Positions 1-9,600 of a stretch of 64,000 bases of DNA are shown here, one piece after another. The stretch comes from Candidatus Latescibacterota bacterium (GTDB taxonomy: Bacteria; Latescibacterota; UBA2968; GCA-2709665): the NCBI GenBank assembly GCA_965219455.1, contig OZ244744.1, forward strand, positions 2,976,001-3,040,000, written 5' to 3'. Position 1 is the first letter of the stretch; the number at the start of each line of letters is the position of its first letter. A program made the position numbers and the translations under genes. The notes under the pieces were generated by a model. It did not search any database and was not told where the DNA came from. It worked only from the letters and a program-made list of their open reading frames with translations.

Positions 1-1939
1 CGTCTTGTATCCGTGGAACGACGAGCCCCGCTTCGAGCAGCTTCTTATCTGGGCGGACAAAAAGAGGTAGCTCATCGTACCCTTCTGTATCCACGCCCTC
101 CCGCTCCAGGTACTTTCTGAACTCGGCCATGTAGTTGGCACGCACCGCAAAGATATTGAGCGTCTCCAGCAGGCCGATACGTTCCGGATGCGATCCATCC
201 ACCGCCGCGCTCCGCTTGAGGCTTGCGTCCCTGCCTCGCAAGCGCACCCCGCGGCCAAAGAGTTGGATAATCTCCGAACCTTCGCTGCTACCGATGTTCA
301 GGAGTCCCATGTTCGACACGCGCCAGGAGTTCCATCCCTCCATAAATTTCTTTGCGCCAATGAGAACCTGAATCCCAGTCTGCGGATCATTGATACTCTC
401 GAATAGTGAGCCGGACAGAGCGTCTTCTTCCAGTGTAATTCCAGTCTCATCATTTTCTACCAGTTTCTTGAATGCGCTGACGTCCCCGATGTAGATAAGG
501 CCGAAATAGTCATCGGCGCCGCTCGCTTTGAGGCCCAATTCGCCGTCGACGCCTCGGATTGCACAGAGGTGCAACCCGCCACCGGCCGGAGCATGGAATA
601 CCTTTTTTAGTATGTCATCGTAAATTTCCCTGGCGAGGCGTTGAAACTCCCGGAGATATGTAAACTTGCCAGCGAATACGTCTCTTCCGTCCGGCGTTAC
701 CAGGTCGCTGTCGCCCTTAACGAGTCGATTAATCGCACCGATAGTCCATTCGCGCCGGCTTAAGACGCGATGCAGGAACCGCGCCACGGTCAGCACGTCA
801 CTGCGTTTCTTCCTGTTCTTGCTGTACACAGCATTTACCGTGCTGCCGACGAAGACCCATAGGGGCTTTTCCAGATTGTATAGACGTAATTCTTCGGCCG
901 ACTGAGTGAAGACACATTGCTGCTCGTAGAAGGACAGCAAGTTGCCGAGCAGTAACGTATCCGTCTTTTCCTCGGTAGTCTCGTCGACGAGATTGAGTAC
1001 GCGGAAGTCCTTGCCGTAACCATCGCCGTGGAAATATCTATACGAATAATCGAATGCAATGGCCTTTCCGTATTCCATTGTAAGCGTGTCATTGGAAACC
1101 GCTCTCAATGCCTGGCCAAAAGTGGCGCTGTATTCAAACGTAAAGCCACTCTTGCCGAGGTCGTCGCGGTAACGTCGCCATACGTCGCCGCCAGAACCCT
1201 TATGCCCTTCATCGACGAAGATCAGGTTGTTGCCTTCGAATGCCTCAACGGGTACGCTAACGCCTCCGCCTTGCTTCTGCTCGACCAGCTTGGTGATTTC
1301 AATGACCCTCACATCGTCTTTTTTGCCGCCCTCGTTCATGTCGAACGGACCGCAGCGGATGTTCGAGGCCACCATTTCGCTCATGTGCTGTTCACTCAGT
1401 CCCTCGTTGGGCGTAATCAGCAAGACGTTGTCCAGGGTCTGGTTGTTGTAGTGCAGGAATTGACGATAGTTGAGGTGCATAATGAGGGTCTTGCCGCTTC
1501 CGGTCGCCATCCAGAAGGCCAGCTTCTTCAAGTCGGATTCGCAGAACTCTTCACCCCTATTGCGCTCGGCGGAAAACGCATTCAGGGAGCTAAGCATCCG
1601 GCCCCGTTGGTTGAAGTACCGATGCAGGAACAATTCCGCGTATATTGCCGCGAGGTATTGGAAGTATCGGAGATGGATCGGTTTAGATCGATCGGCATTC
1701 ATAGCCTTCAGGTGGTTTTGTACGTTGTCGTCGTATTGCACAAGAACTTCCTGTGCGATATTCACCGCGTCGCCGCGTCCTATCAGTCGATTATAGACAT
1801 GACTGTGACTCTCAGTGAACCCCTCCGCATCCTTCATGTCGGCCAGTAATTCGCGGTTGCTTCGGTAGCCGAACTGCATGTTTAGCCACGCCAACAACAC
1901 GAGGTGCTGGTCCAGACCGGTGTTTTCTACGGGTGGCAT
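1..1939 (-). CDS. res: Type III restriction enzyme Res subunit (SF2 helicase), partial, runs off window start
   Basis: Manual translation from ATG at 1939: MPPVENTGLDQHLVLLAWLN... with Walker A KLAFWMATGSGKT, DExH LIFVDEGHKG and FEYSATF. Absent from the ORF track, consistent with no stop in the window. Confidence 0.9.
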   Translation of the reverse strand, partial: MPPVENTGLDQHLVLLAWLNMQFGYRSNRELLADMKDAEGFTESHSHVYNRLIGRGDAVNIAQEVLVQYDDNVQNHLKAMNADRSKPIHLRYFQYLAAIYAELFLHRYFNQRGRMLSSLNAFSAERNRGEEFCESDLKKLAFWMATGSGKTLIMHLNYRQFLHYNNQTLDNVLLITPNEGLSEQHMSEMVASNIRCGPFDMNEGGKKDDVRVIEITKLVEQKQGGGVSVPVEAFEGNNLIFVDEGHKGSGGDVWRRYRDDLGKSGFTFEYSATFGQALRAVSNDTLTMEYGKAIAFDYSYRYFHGDGYGKDFRVLNLVDETTEEKTDTLLLGNLLSFYEQQCVFTQSAEELRLYNLEKPLWVFVGSTVNAVYSKNRKKRSDVLTVARFLHRVLSRREWTIGAINRLVKGDSDLVTPDGRDVFAGKFTYLREFQRLAREIYDDILKKVFHAPAGGGLHLCAIRGVDGELGLKASGADDYFGLIYIGDVSAFKKLVENDETGITLEEDALSGSLFESINDPQTGIQVLIGAKKFMEGWNSWRVSNMGLLNIGSSEGSEIIQLFGRGVRLRGRDASLKRSAAVDGSHPERIGLLETLNIFAVRANYMAEFRKYLEREGVDTEGYDELPLFVRPDKKLLEAGLVVPRIQD

Positions 1940-1941
1940 TT

Positions 1942-2286
1942 CTATCGCTCGTCCTTGACGATTAATTCGAGTTTTTCTATCAGCGGCGGCAGGTCGTTGT
2001 CTATTTTGTCCCACAACCCTTCGAGGCTCAATTCTTCGCATTTCGGAACGAGCCGACTGCGCATCCCAACAGTTTGTTGCCAGGGAATTTCCGTGTACCG
2101 GTGTCGGGTTGAAAATGAGACACGGCTGGCCGCCTCACCGACAATCTCGACCAATTTCAGGAGCGCGAGTTCCAGGAGCCGATTGTCCGCTAACTCGTTA
2201 AGACTTGTACCGCGGAGCAATACAACAGCTTCCCTTGCGTGGTTCCGCATATCTACGAGGCTTGCTCGGTCATCATATCTGCCCAT
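1942..2286 (-). CDS. HepT-like/DUF86 HEPN-domain protein with degenerate active site
   Basis: LVEIVGEAASRVS...EIPWQQTVGMRSRLVP...LWDKIDNDLP follows the DUF86 pattern. The R-x4-H motif reads RSRLVP, so the His is lost. Confidence 0.75.
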   Translation of the reverse strand: MGRYDDRASLVDMRNHAREAVVLLRGTSLNELADNRLLELALLKLVEIVGEAASRVSFSTRHRYTEIPWQQTVGMRSRLVPKCEELSLEGLWDKIDNDLPPLIEKLELIVKDER

Positions 2287-2438
2287 ACACGTGCTCCGCT
2301 GGGCCGGAATTCTCCTCAATATACCGCGCGCTGTGCCCGCTGGTTACTCCTTGAGGGTGCGAATACACTCATCACTCCCGTGGATGTGTCCAGCTTCATC
2401 TCCAATCTTAACAACCCTTGTCGCGCTCAATGCTACCG

Positions 2439-3608
2439 CTATGTTGCCCTGGTCGGTACCCTAAACGGCCGGAGATTCAGCATTGTTTCCTTATTGGCGA
2501 AGTAGCTATTCCCTTCCCTTGAAATCCAACCATTATCTGTGAGCCACTGGAGATCCTTCGTGATGATGAATGGATTCTTCTTGTACGACGGTCCTAAACT
2601 TTCAATTGTCATAATAAGCGCTAATTCGTCTACTGCTCGATCGCTGCTTGATATTTTCAGCAGCAGATCGCGGCGCCTTTTGCCAGCGACTGTATCCTGT
2701 CTCGGGAAATGTTGATAAACATGGTGCTGCCAGACAATGTCCAGATGCTGTCTCCAGATCATCTGCAATTGACCTTGAAGCCCGTCGAGGAATCCCTGCA
2801 CGGCATAATAGAGAAAGGGTACGATCTCTCCTCCGGATTGGCTGGTCCGCGCGAGTTGGCGCGCGTATTCGGCACGCGTCGCACTATAATGGCTACTCAA
2901 CAGGTGACAGGCCGGTACCGGTATACCTGAGCGCAACAAAATAGCGAGTTCCAGGAGTCTCGCTGTGCGACCGTTTCCGTCGCCGAACGGATGGATCCAG
3001 GCGACGTAGAGATGAGCTAATACTGCTTTAATGATTGCGAATGTAATCTCCTCGCCTTTTGGTACGTCAACTCCGTCTCTTAACCACTGACATAGCCTCT
3101 CCAGCAGGTATTCGCAATCCACTGCGGGTGCTCCTCGATACCTCCCGCCCACGCCCACGGAGTGGGTGCGAATCGTACCCGGTATGGAACCCTCTTGTTG
3201 ACTGAGCTTGTCGAGAACGGCCCCATTCATCTCCCTGATCCACTCAATATCCAGGGGTTCGACCGACCCTTCGCGCATTCCGTCGATAGTGGCGTTGATG
3301 GCCTTAATAATGTTGTCGACCTCCTGCGCCAGATACTCACGGGAGGGAGGCAGTTCCAGTTCGCCCTCTATATGCCGCAAAACGTCCTCTTCGGAGAGTG
3401 TATTACCTTCGATTGCGGTGGTGGCATGGACGCCCTTGGCCAAATAAATCTTATAGAGGTCCTCAGCCGAGTCATGAACCAATGGTACCCTGGAGATGTG
3501 CTCGATTTTGGAAGCGCATTCTCCGAGCTTCATCCATAGCAAATAGGGCACTTCCCGGAGATCGACTTGAAAGGTGATCCAGGGGTGGGTCTTCTCGTAT
3601 TTCCTCAT
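2439..3608 (-). CDS. Fic family protein (AMPylase)
   Basis: Fic motif HPFGDGNGRTAR; N-terminal inhibitory motif TTAIEGN. Confidence 0.92.
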   Translation of the reverse strand: MRKYEKTHPWITFQVDLREVPYLLWMKLGECASKIEHISRVPLVHDSAEDLYKIYLAKGVHATTAIEGNTLSEEDVLRHIEGELELPPSREYLAQEVDNIIKAINATIDGMREGSVEPLDIEWIREMNGAVLDKLSQQEGSIPGTIRTHSVGVGGRYRGAPAVDCEYLLERLCQWLRDGVDVPKGEEITFAIIKAVLAHLYVAWIHPFGDGNGRTARLLELAILLRSGIPVPACHLLSSHYSATRAEYARQLARTSQSGGEIVPFLYYAVQGFLDGLQGQLQMIWRQHLDIVWQHHVYQHFPRQDTVAGKRRRDLLLKISSSDRAVDELALIMTIESLGPSYKKNPFIITKDLQWLTDNGWISREGNSYFANKETMLNLRPFRVPTRAT

Positions 3609-3654
3609 GGTTGGCCAATGCCTAAATTTCGCGCGTTATAGTCCATTCTTTTCG

Positions 3655-4980
3655 TTATCCCTCATCCTTCTGGTCGTCAGGAATCTCTGAGAGCCTTGTC
3701 ATAAGTTGTCTAATCATTTCGTTAACCATTCTCTTTAGCACTTCCAGGTCTTGTCCCGCATATTCTTTTTCGTAATCCAGTTTATAGGACGTAAACTGCC
3801 AGATGGAGCCCATTGATTTCAATTCATTCTCAATTCGGAAATTATAATTCGCATCTTGCTTCGCCTGAAATTGATCGAAGTCGATTCCGATGTTAGTAGA
3901 GACAAAGATCGCTTTATCCGGCCAGGCTCTTGCCTTATCCTCTCCGAGATCAAGACTTGATACTGTACCGTCAACATTTCGCACAGAACAAACACCATAA
4001 TCTGCATCAACACTCTCGAACACGTCAGAAAATGGCTCGCACTTTGCATTGCAATAGCAAAAAAGCGGATACAGCACTCTCTCGGCATATTCTCTCGCTT
4101 GAATTAACTCACCTGTGCCGGATTGTATTGATCTTTTGAAAAGCGCGATTTCTTTGTCTATGTCCTCTACGTCTTCGATATCCTCTCCACGAGCGGCTCG
4201 CAGATGGAGACCGAGGGTGTATTCACAGCAGCCGGTAACGTAAGAGATAAAGTCGGCAAGGTCTTCTGACTTGTCGGCCTTCTCCAGCGAGTCGATATAT
4301 CGGTTTCTTTCCTGAATTGGAAAAATAGCCACCGTGTAGCCGTGCTTGATGAGAATCATATTCATCAATAGCCGCGCCATGCGACCGTTCCCGTCGTCAA
4401 ACGGATGGATACGGACAAAGCGATAATGAAACGTCGCTGCGATGAAGATCGGATGCTCGCTCGCATTCTCGGCGCGCCTATACCAGTCGATAAGATCAGT
4501 CATCTCCGGCTTTACCTGATCGGGTGGGGTGTAGTAATATGTCTCGCCGGTCGAGGTCTCGACGTTATTTGGTTGGGTTTTATATTGTCCAATGGTAATG
4601 AGTCGCTTCGTGGGTTGTCCATCCGGTGTAATTGCGTCAATTTCATAGGGTTCTTTCAACAATACCCTGTGGAGATTTCGGATAAAGACTTGGTTGAGAG
4701 ATTCGTTTCGTTTTATTGCATCCTCGATCGCCTTTACTGCTTCGTCGTGACCCTCAATGTCCAGATGATCGCGCATTGGTTTACCGTGCGCGGTGAGTCC
4801 GTGCAGAATAAGGCTTCTCGTTTCTCCAAGAGTCAGGCTGTTGCCTTCTATGGCGTTGGAGTGGTAGTTCGACTCGATTCTTAGCTTCTGTTCAATCCGT
4901 CCCACTACGTCCGATGGCAATGGCCGCAGTGCGTCCAATTCAGCTTTAAGCAGATCGATTTCATCAATGATATTTGACAT
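3655..4980 (-). CDS. Fic family protein (AMPylase) with C-terminal extension
   Basis: Fic motif HPFDDGNGRMAR; inhibitory motif SNAIEGN. Start set at MSNIIDEID; the ORF is open to 5097. Confidence 0.9.
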   Translation of the reverse strand: MSNIIDEIDLLKAELDALRPLPSDVVGRIEQKLRIESNYHSNAIEGNSLTLGETRSLILHGLTAHGKPMRDHLDIEGHDEAVKAIEDAIKRNESLNQVFIRNLHRVLLKEPYEIDAITPDGQPTKRLITIGQYKTQPNNVETSTGETYYYTPPDQVKPEMTDLIDWYRRAENASEHPIFIAATFHYRFVRIHPFDDGNGRMARLLMNMILIKHGYTVAIFPIQERNRYIDSLEKADKSEDLADFISYVTGCCEYTLGLHLRAARGEDIEDVEDIDKEIALFKRSIQSGTGELIQAREYAERVLYPLFCYCNAKCEPFSDVFESVDADYGVCSVRNVDGTVSSLDLGEDKARAWPDKAIFVSTNIGIDFDQFQAKQDANYNFRIENELKSMGSIWQFTSYKLDYEKEYAGQDLEVLKRMVNEMIRQLMTRLSEIPDDQKDEG

Positions 4981-5238
4981 GCTTGGATTGTCTACCTGAT
5001 CAAGAGTCTGTTGGTTTGTTTCCTGATGGCTTATCTGTTCCGTGTTTTCCGTGGGTATGACTGGATGCATAGATTCCCCGCGCGGTGCATCCACCACGCC
5101 ATCCGGGGCTGAGCGTTCGCCACCCAGCCATTTCTTTAAAATACCCAGACCTTTGCAAATGTTCCCTCGTTTGCCATTTATCGCACCGTTTCAGCTGACA
5201 GGAGCGGCTTGAACTCGTTGTTCTCACAGAAGTGTTGA

Positions 5239-5991
5239 CTACCGTCTTTCCACAGTTGGCACATCTGAAGACACCGTATGTCCCAAGACAAGGCTTCGAA
5301 AGGACGCCATGTGCTCAGTTGCATTTTTCACCATGCTGCGGTGTTCCGTCAACTCTTCTTCTGGCAATAAACGAGCCAAATTCCCACTTTTGCCATCCTC
5401 CAAGATCGCAATACTAATCGGTTCATTTATTCCCCCAGGATTGACTTCACAGGCATGGATCAAAGCCCAAAGCGCGGTGAATATCGCGCCGCGGAGGTTT
5501 GGGGGTTCTTCTTTCCAAAAAATAGAACGAAAAAAAGCCAACAGGGGATCGAGAATTGGCTGACCACTTCCAGCGGCTACCCACCAATTATTCTCTAGCA
5601 TCTTGATTTCGGGCTGAAATCCGGTAATTGACGGCAGTTCACATAAGGACATTCCATCGGTGGCGGAATAGGCCACCAAAGCTGAAAAATCAAGATTGCT
5701 AACCTTAGTTTCTTGAAAGTCCGCGATCCCAGATTGAGAAAGCATCTTGCCTATTTCAATGGAGTCTTTGCCTCTAAATGCTCGGCCTCTCCACAGCTTC
5801 CGAACAACATGGCAGAATCTTTGAGCGTGGCCAACATAGCCGGATCCCGCAACGATCAGATGACTATCGATGATTTCTATCTTCTTGGTCGGCTGCTCGA
5901 TTGTGTGATGCTGCCCGTGGACAAATGTTGCAGAACCGTCGGCACCTATCACCACGCCGTCCTTGCATCGAATACCTATTAATGCAGTCAT
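5239..5991 (-). CDS. Proteasome beta-subunit-like Ntn hydrolase (Thr1 protease)
   Basis: Begins M-T-ALIGIRCKDGVVIGAD (Thr1, Asp17); KKI (Lys33 equivalent), VAGSG and AAGSG motifs. Confidence 0.8.
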   Translation of the reverse strand: MTALIGIRCKDGVVIGADGSATFVHGQHHTIEQPTKKIEIIDSHLIVAGSGYVGHAQRFCHVVRKLWRGRAFRGKDSIEIGKMLSQSGIADFQETKVSNLDFSALVAYSATDGMSLCELPSITGFQPEIKMLENNWWVAAGSGQPILDPLLAFFRSIFWKEEPPNLRGAIFTALWALIHACEVNPGGINEPISIAILEDGKSGNLARLLPEEELTEHRSMVKNATEHMASFRSLVLGHTVSSDVPTVERR

Positions 5992-5999
5992 GCCTATTC

Positions 6000-6452
6000 C
6001 TAAAAAATGCTGTTTTCGCGCATATTCGGATACGCTCTATAAATGGCGCCTACGAGTTCCGCAAAAGACAAACTCCGAACCCACTCTGACAGTTGTTTCA
6101 GATAATTCTGCACGTAAGTGGGCAGATTAGCGATCGCCCTTTCGCCCTGTCCCTGACCTGCATAGGTTAGCGAGTAGGACCGACCGGTAATGCTCGTGCT
6201 CGATCCCTGTGCCGTGATTTGTACGAGTCCCCGTTCCTGAAGCGCCTCAAGTTCCGCATATACCGCCTTATCAAATGGACCGTAGTCATATGGTTCAAAA
6301 GCAAACTGCTTACCATGCATTTCATCAGCGATCTTCTCATCCATGAGGAAGAGCAACTTCTGGACCTGAACAGGTTCAAACGAGGAATCAGGCACAGCGG
6401 AAAGACCTGCTAGGACCATCTTCTGACGGTGCGAAAGCTCGTTTGGCATCAC
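6000..6452 (-). CDS. Panacea (DUF4065/SocA)-like winged-helix antitoxin/adaptor protein
   Basis: VQKLLFL ... FEPYDYGPFDKAVY ... YSLT resembles the Panacea/SocA and DarG C-terminal signature. Confidence 0.65.
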   Translation of the reverse strand: MMPNELSHRQKMVLAGLSAVPDSSFEPVQVQKLLFLMDEKIADEMHGKQFAFEPYDYGPFDKAVYAELEALQERGLVQITAQGSSTSITGRSYSLTYAGQGQGERAIANLPTYVQNYLKQLSEWVRSLSFAELVGAIYRAYPNMRENSIF

Positions 6453-6522
6453 AATCTCCTTTTCTTCGACAAACGCGATGGTATTGTCTCAGCCGAAAAG
6501 CAAATGGCCTTCGGTGAATTAC

Positions 6523-6553
6523 TGAACATATGTTCATCATTCGTCCATGTCAA
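6523..6553 (-). promoter_or_regulatory. Sigma70-type promoter overlapped by the 14-bp palindrome TGAACATATGTTCA
   Basis: Minus strand TTGACA (6553-6548)-N17-TATGTT (6530-6525); perfect palindrome at 6523-6536. Confidence 0.65.
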
Positions 6554-6665
6554 GAAAATATGTGGATGCGTTCACGGGTTTATTTAGTTGCACGTGAGTC
6601 CGCACTGGTACGGTCGGTATCTCGTAGGAGGCCATTCGGCTCGCCGCTAGCGCGTGCGATTGCCT

Positions 6666-9600
6666 TCATTCTCCTACTCCCGCGAACATCCGCCGCTTGA
6701 ACAATGGTTCCAGAGCTTTCGCCTCGTGTATCAGCGAGTCGCCGTTAACGTATACATTGTCTACGCCTTCAGTCAACTTCTGTTCGACAACAAAGTCTCT
6801 ATCGAGTACAAAGTCCGGCTTCTGCCAATCCTCCGTTTCTCGCCAGATCACTGCAACCCGCGCCTGGTCGATCTGGCCACGATAGACAAGGTATCGCCGG
6901 TCGTCGTCGTAATGAACTCGCCTCGTCTGCACGTTAAGGCCGATCAGGTAGTTGAAGGTCTCAGGGATGTCGGCCATGTTCTGCCGCGTCTCTCCGTCGG
7001 AGTGGATGTTCAGTTGGTAGGAGAACGGCTTCGAGAGCTTTTCTACGTTCAGCAACGTATGGCTACGTTTTGTTTCCCATTGTAACATGTAATTGATAAG
7101 GTAGTCTTGGAATGCCAATGTCTGCTGTGCGGAGCCCTCGTCGAAGTCGATGTTATTCAGAGCGTCCTCATAACTCTCAAGACGCATATACTGGACTATA
7201 CGTGGGCTACGCTGGACGTCTTGTGGTGTGGTGTTCTTGGGTTTACCTCCATTCCATTCAGGCGCAAATGTAACTTTCTTGATCCGTGGAAGTAGTACAG
7301 TGTCGAAATAATCCCCCATCTCTACGAGGATGAACTTGCGCTTTCCATCGTCTTCACGGTTGAGGTTGATGACGGCATGGCCGGTTGTACCCGAGCCGGC
7401 AAAGAAATCAAGCACGACCGATTGCGAATCACAACGGGACGCACGTAGGCAATCCTCTACCAAGGCAATCGACTTGGCGAAGTCGAATTCCTTCTCTCCC
7501 AAAATGTCTTTTAGGGCCTTTGCACCAAGATTGGCTGAAGCGTATTTGCTATTGTCCCACCATGTCTTAGGCATTGAACTCATGTCGATTCGTATCTTAA
7601 AATCGATGTTAATTCCGTTGTTGTTATCGCGAGCGTTTCCGGTCCTCCGAACTCTGTACTCGGATGGATCGCTTTTTACAAGGCTAAAACCTCGGTGCCA
7701 GTTTTTTTCTATTACCGTCCCACCCTGAATTCTGATCGGCCAAACGGCAATCTCATTTTCACCTACCTCCTCTAATACGTCATATTCACTCTTATCCGAA
7801 TTCCATCTAATTTCAGGAACACGGATTTCATCGTCATCACCAACGTAAATCGGATAATGCATCTTCGGACGATCCTGTCGCCGATCATTTGACCCGTGCC
7901 TTATGAGATTATTCCATGCAAATCTGCCTTTTTTATCGACATGCGGATATCGTGCGAGTTCGTTCTGCGTTTTATGGATAGTTCCGGGAACTGAGGTTGT
8001 GTTACCGAAAAAAAGTGCATATTCATGAGTGGGAGAAAACTGCCCCTTTGATTTGCGTCCGGCAGGATTTGACCTAACTGCAACAATACCTAAAGTCCTT
8101 TCAAAGAGTCCTGCCATTATTGTGCGGAGTTGGCATACTTCCTCGTCGTCAATCGCGCAGCACAAGATTCCCTCATTCGATTGTAGATTCAAGCAAAGTG
8201 ACAGCCTATTTTCCATTAGCGACAGCCACGAGGAATCCTTGTAGTTATTCTTATATACAATCGCTGAAGCGTCTGTGTTGTATGGCGGATCTATGTACGT
8301 GCACTGAACCTGACCACGAAAGCGGGCTTGTAGTAAATTTAGCGCTTGCCAATTTTCGCTATGAATTAGCACACCATCAGTCATTCCATGTAGATCGTCA
8401 ATACTGCCCAGCAGCCGGTCCACGAAGTCTTGGTCGAAGTGTCTCGTATCGAGGACCAGCGTGGGATGTGTTTTCAGGAACGCAACGCGCTTGTTTGTCT
8501 TATTCGTGCCCGAGTTGAACAGGTTGGTTTGATCTTCGTCAATGCCGAACAATTCTCGCCACTCGACCCACTGCGCGTCGCACAGGGCGATCTCCCTAAA
8601 GAAATCTTCATCTATGCATCTTACCGAAATACAATACTGTGTCTCAGTTACGAACTTACGCTTCTCCCAGAGCATCTCTTGAAAGTTTTCTATCTGCTCG
8701 AGGAAGTAAATGATCTCGCCACCGATTGAGCGGATTGTCCGCATTGTCTGGAACCAGGTCTCGGACTTTTCCTCGCCTGACGCTTCCATCTCGTCAAGAT
8801 TCAACACTTCGTTCTTCAGGTAGAAATCGAGTTCACGAGTCAGGAAGCCCTTCAGGTCTTTGTGGATGAAGAAATCCGAAGTATTGCGCCGCGTGTACTG
8901 CACAAGGTGATGTTCGAAGAAAGAGACCGACTTACCATCACTATTTTTTCGCCTTTCGGCCATTAGTGCGGCGGTCGCCTCGCTGGAGTGGTTCAGGCGA
9001 CCTGGAATTTCGGACACCGCTTTATTGATGATGTTTTCCTGATGATTGGTTTTGCCGTAAGTGATTTTTTCCTGAGAAGTCAGCGGACGGTATTCAAGCG
9101 ATATTGCTAACCGCCCGGACGGTTCGTCCCAAATTGGCGCCTCGTTGCACGGCACAAAATAACGTTTGTCACTCTTGACGTTATCCTGTTTGACGTCAGC
9201 AGCCTTCAGCCTGAATTCCACCGTGACTCTTCGCGACTTGAAGGCATAGTTCTGGAAGTGCTCGCCAGTCTTCACGTAGTATTGGTCGCTGTTCGCCCAA
9301 TGGAGGTGTACTTCTTCGCCGTTGTACGGAATGGCGTAACGATGACGTTTCGAATAACGGCGTTTCGAGATGAAATCACCGTCCTGGTAATACCGGCTAA
9401 AGAAAGCGTAAAGATGATTGAAGATCACCGCTTCGAGCGCATCACGTCCCTGTGCGCCTGAGGCTTTCGCTTGGTGTTCTAGGTATTCTTTGCCGAGCGG
9501 GATACAATGATGTACCTCCAACAGATTTCCGTCAGCGTCGATGGCATTGGAACCAAGGGCTTGAACGACTCGCTGCCGACATTCGTTCAATTCGTCGATT

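Noticed and set aside
1028-1849. 273-aa plus-strand ORF and similar long ORFs opposite atp, mrp, nuo and hsdM genes
   Set aside because: Antisense shadows of well-supported genes; no recognisable motifs
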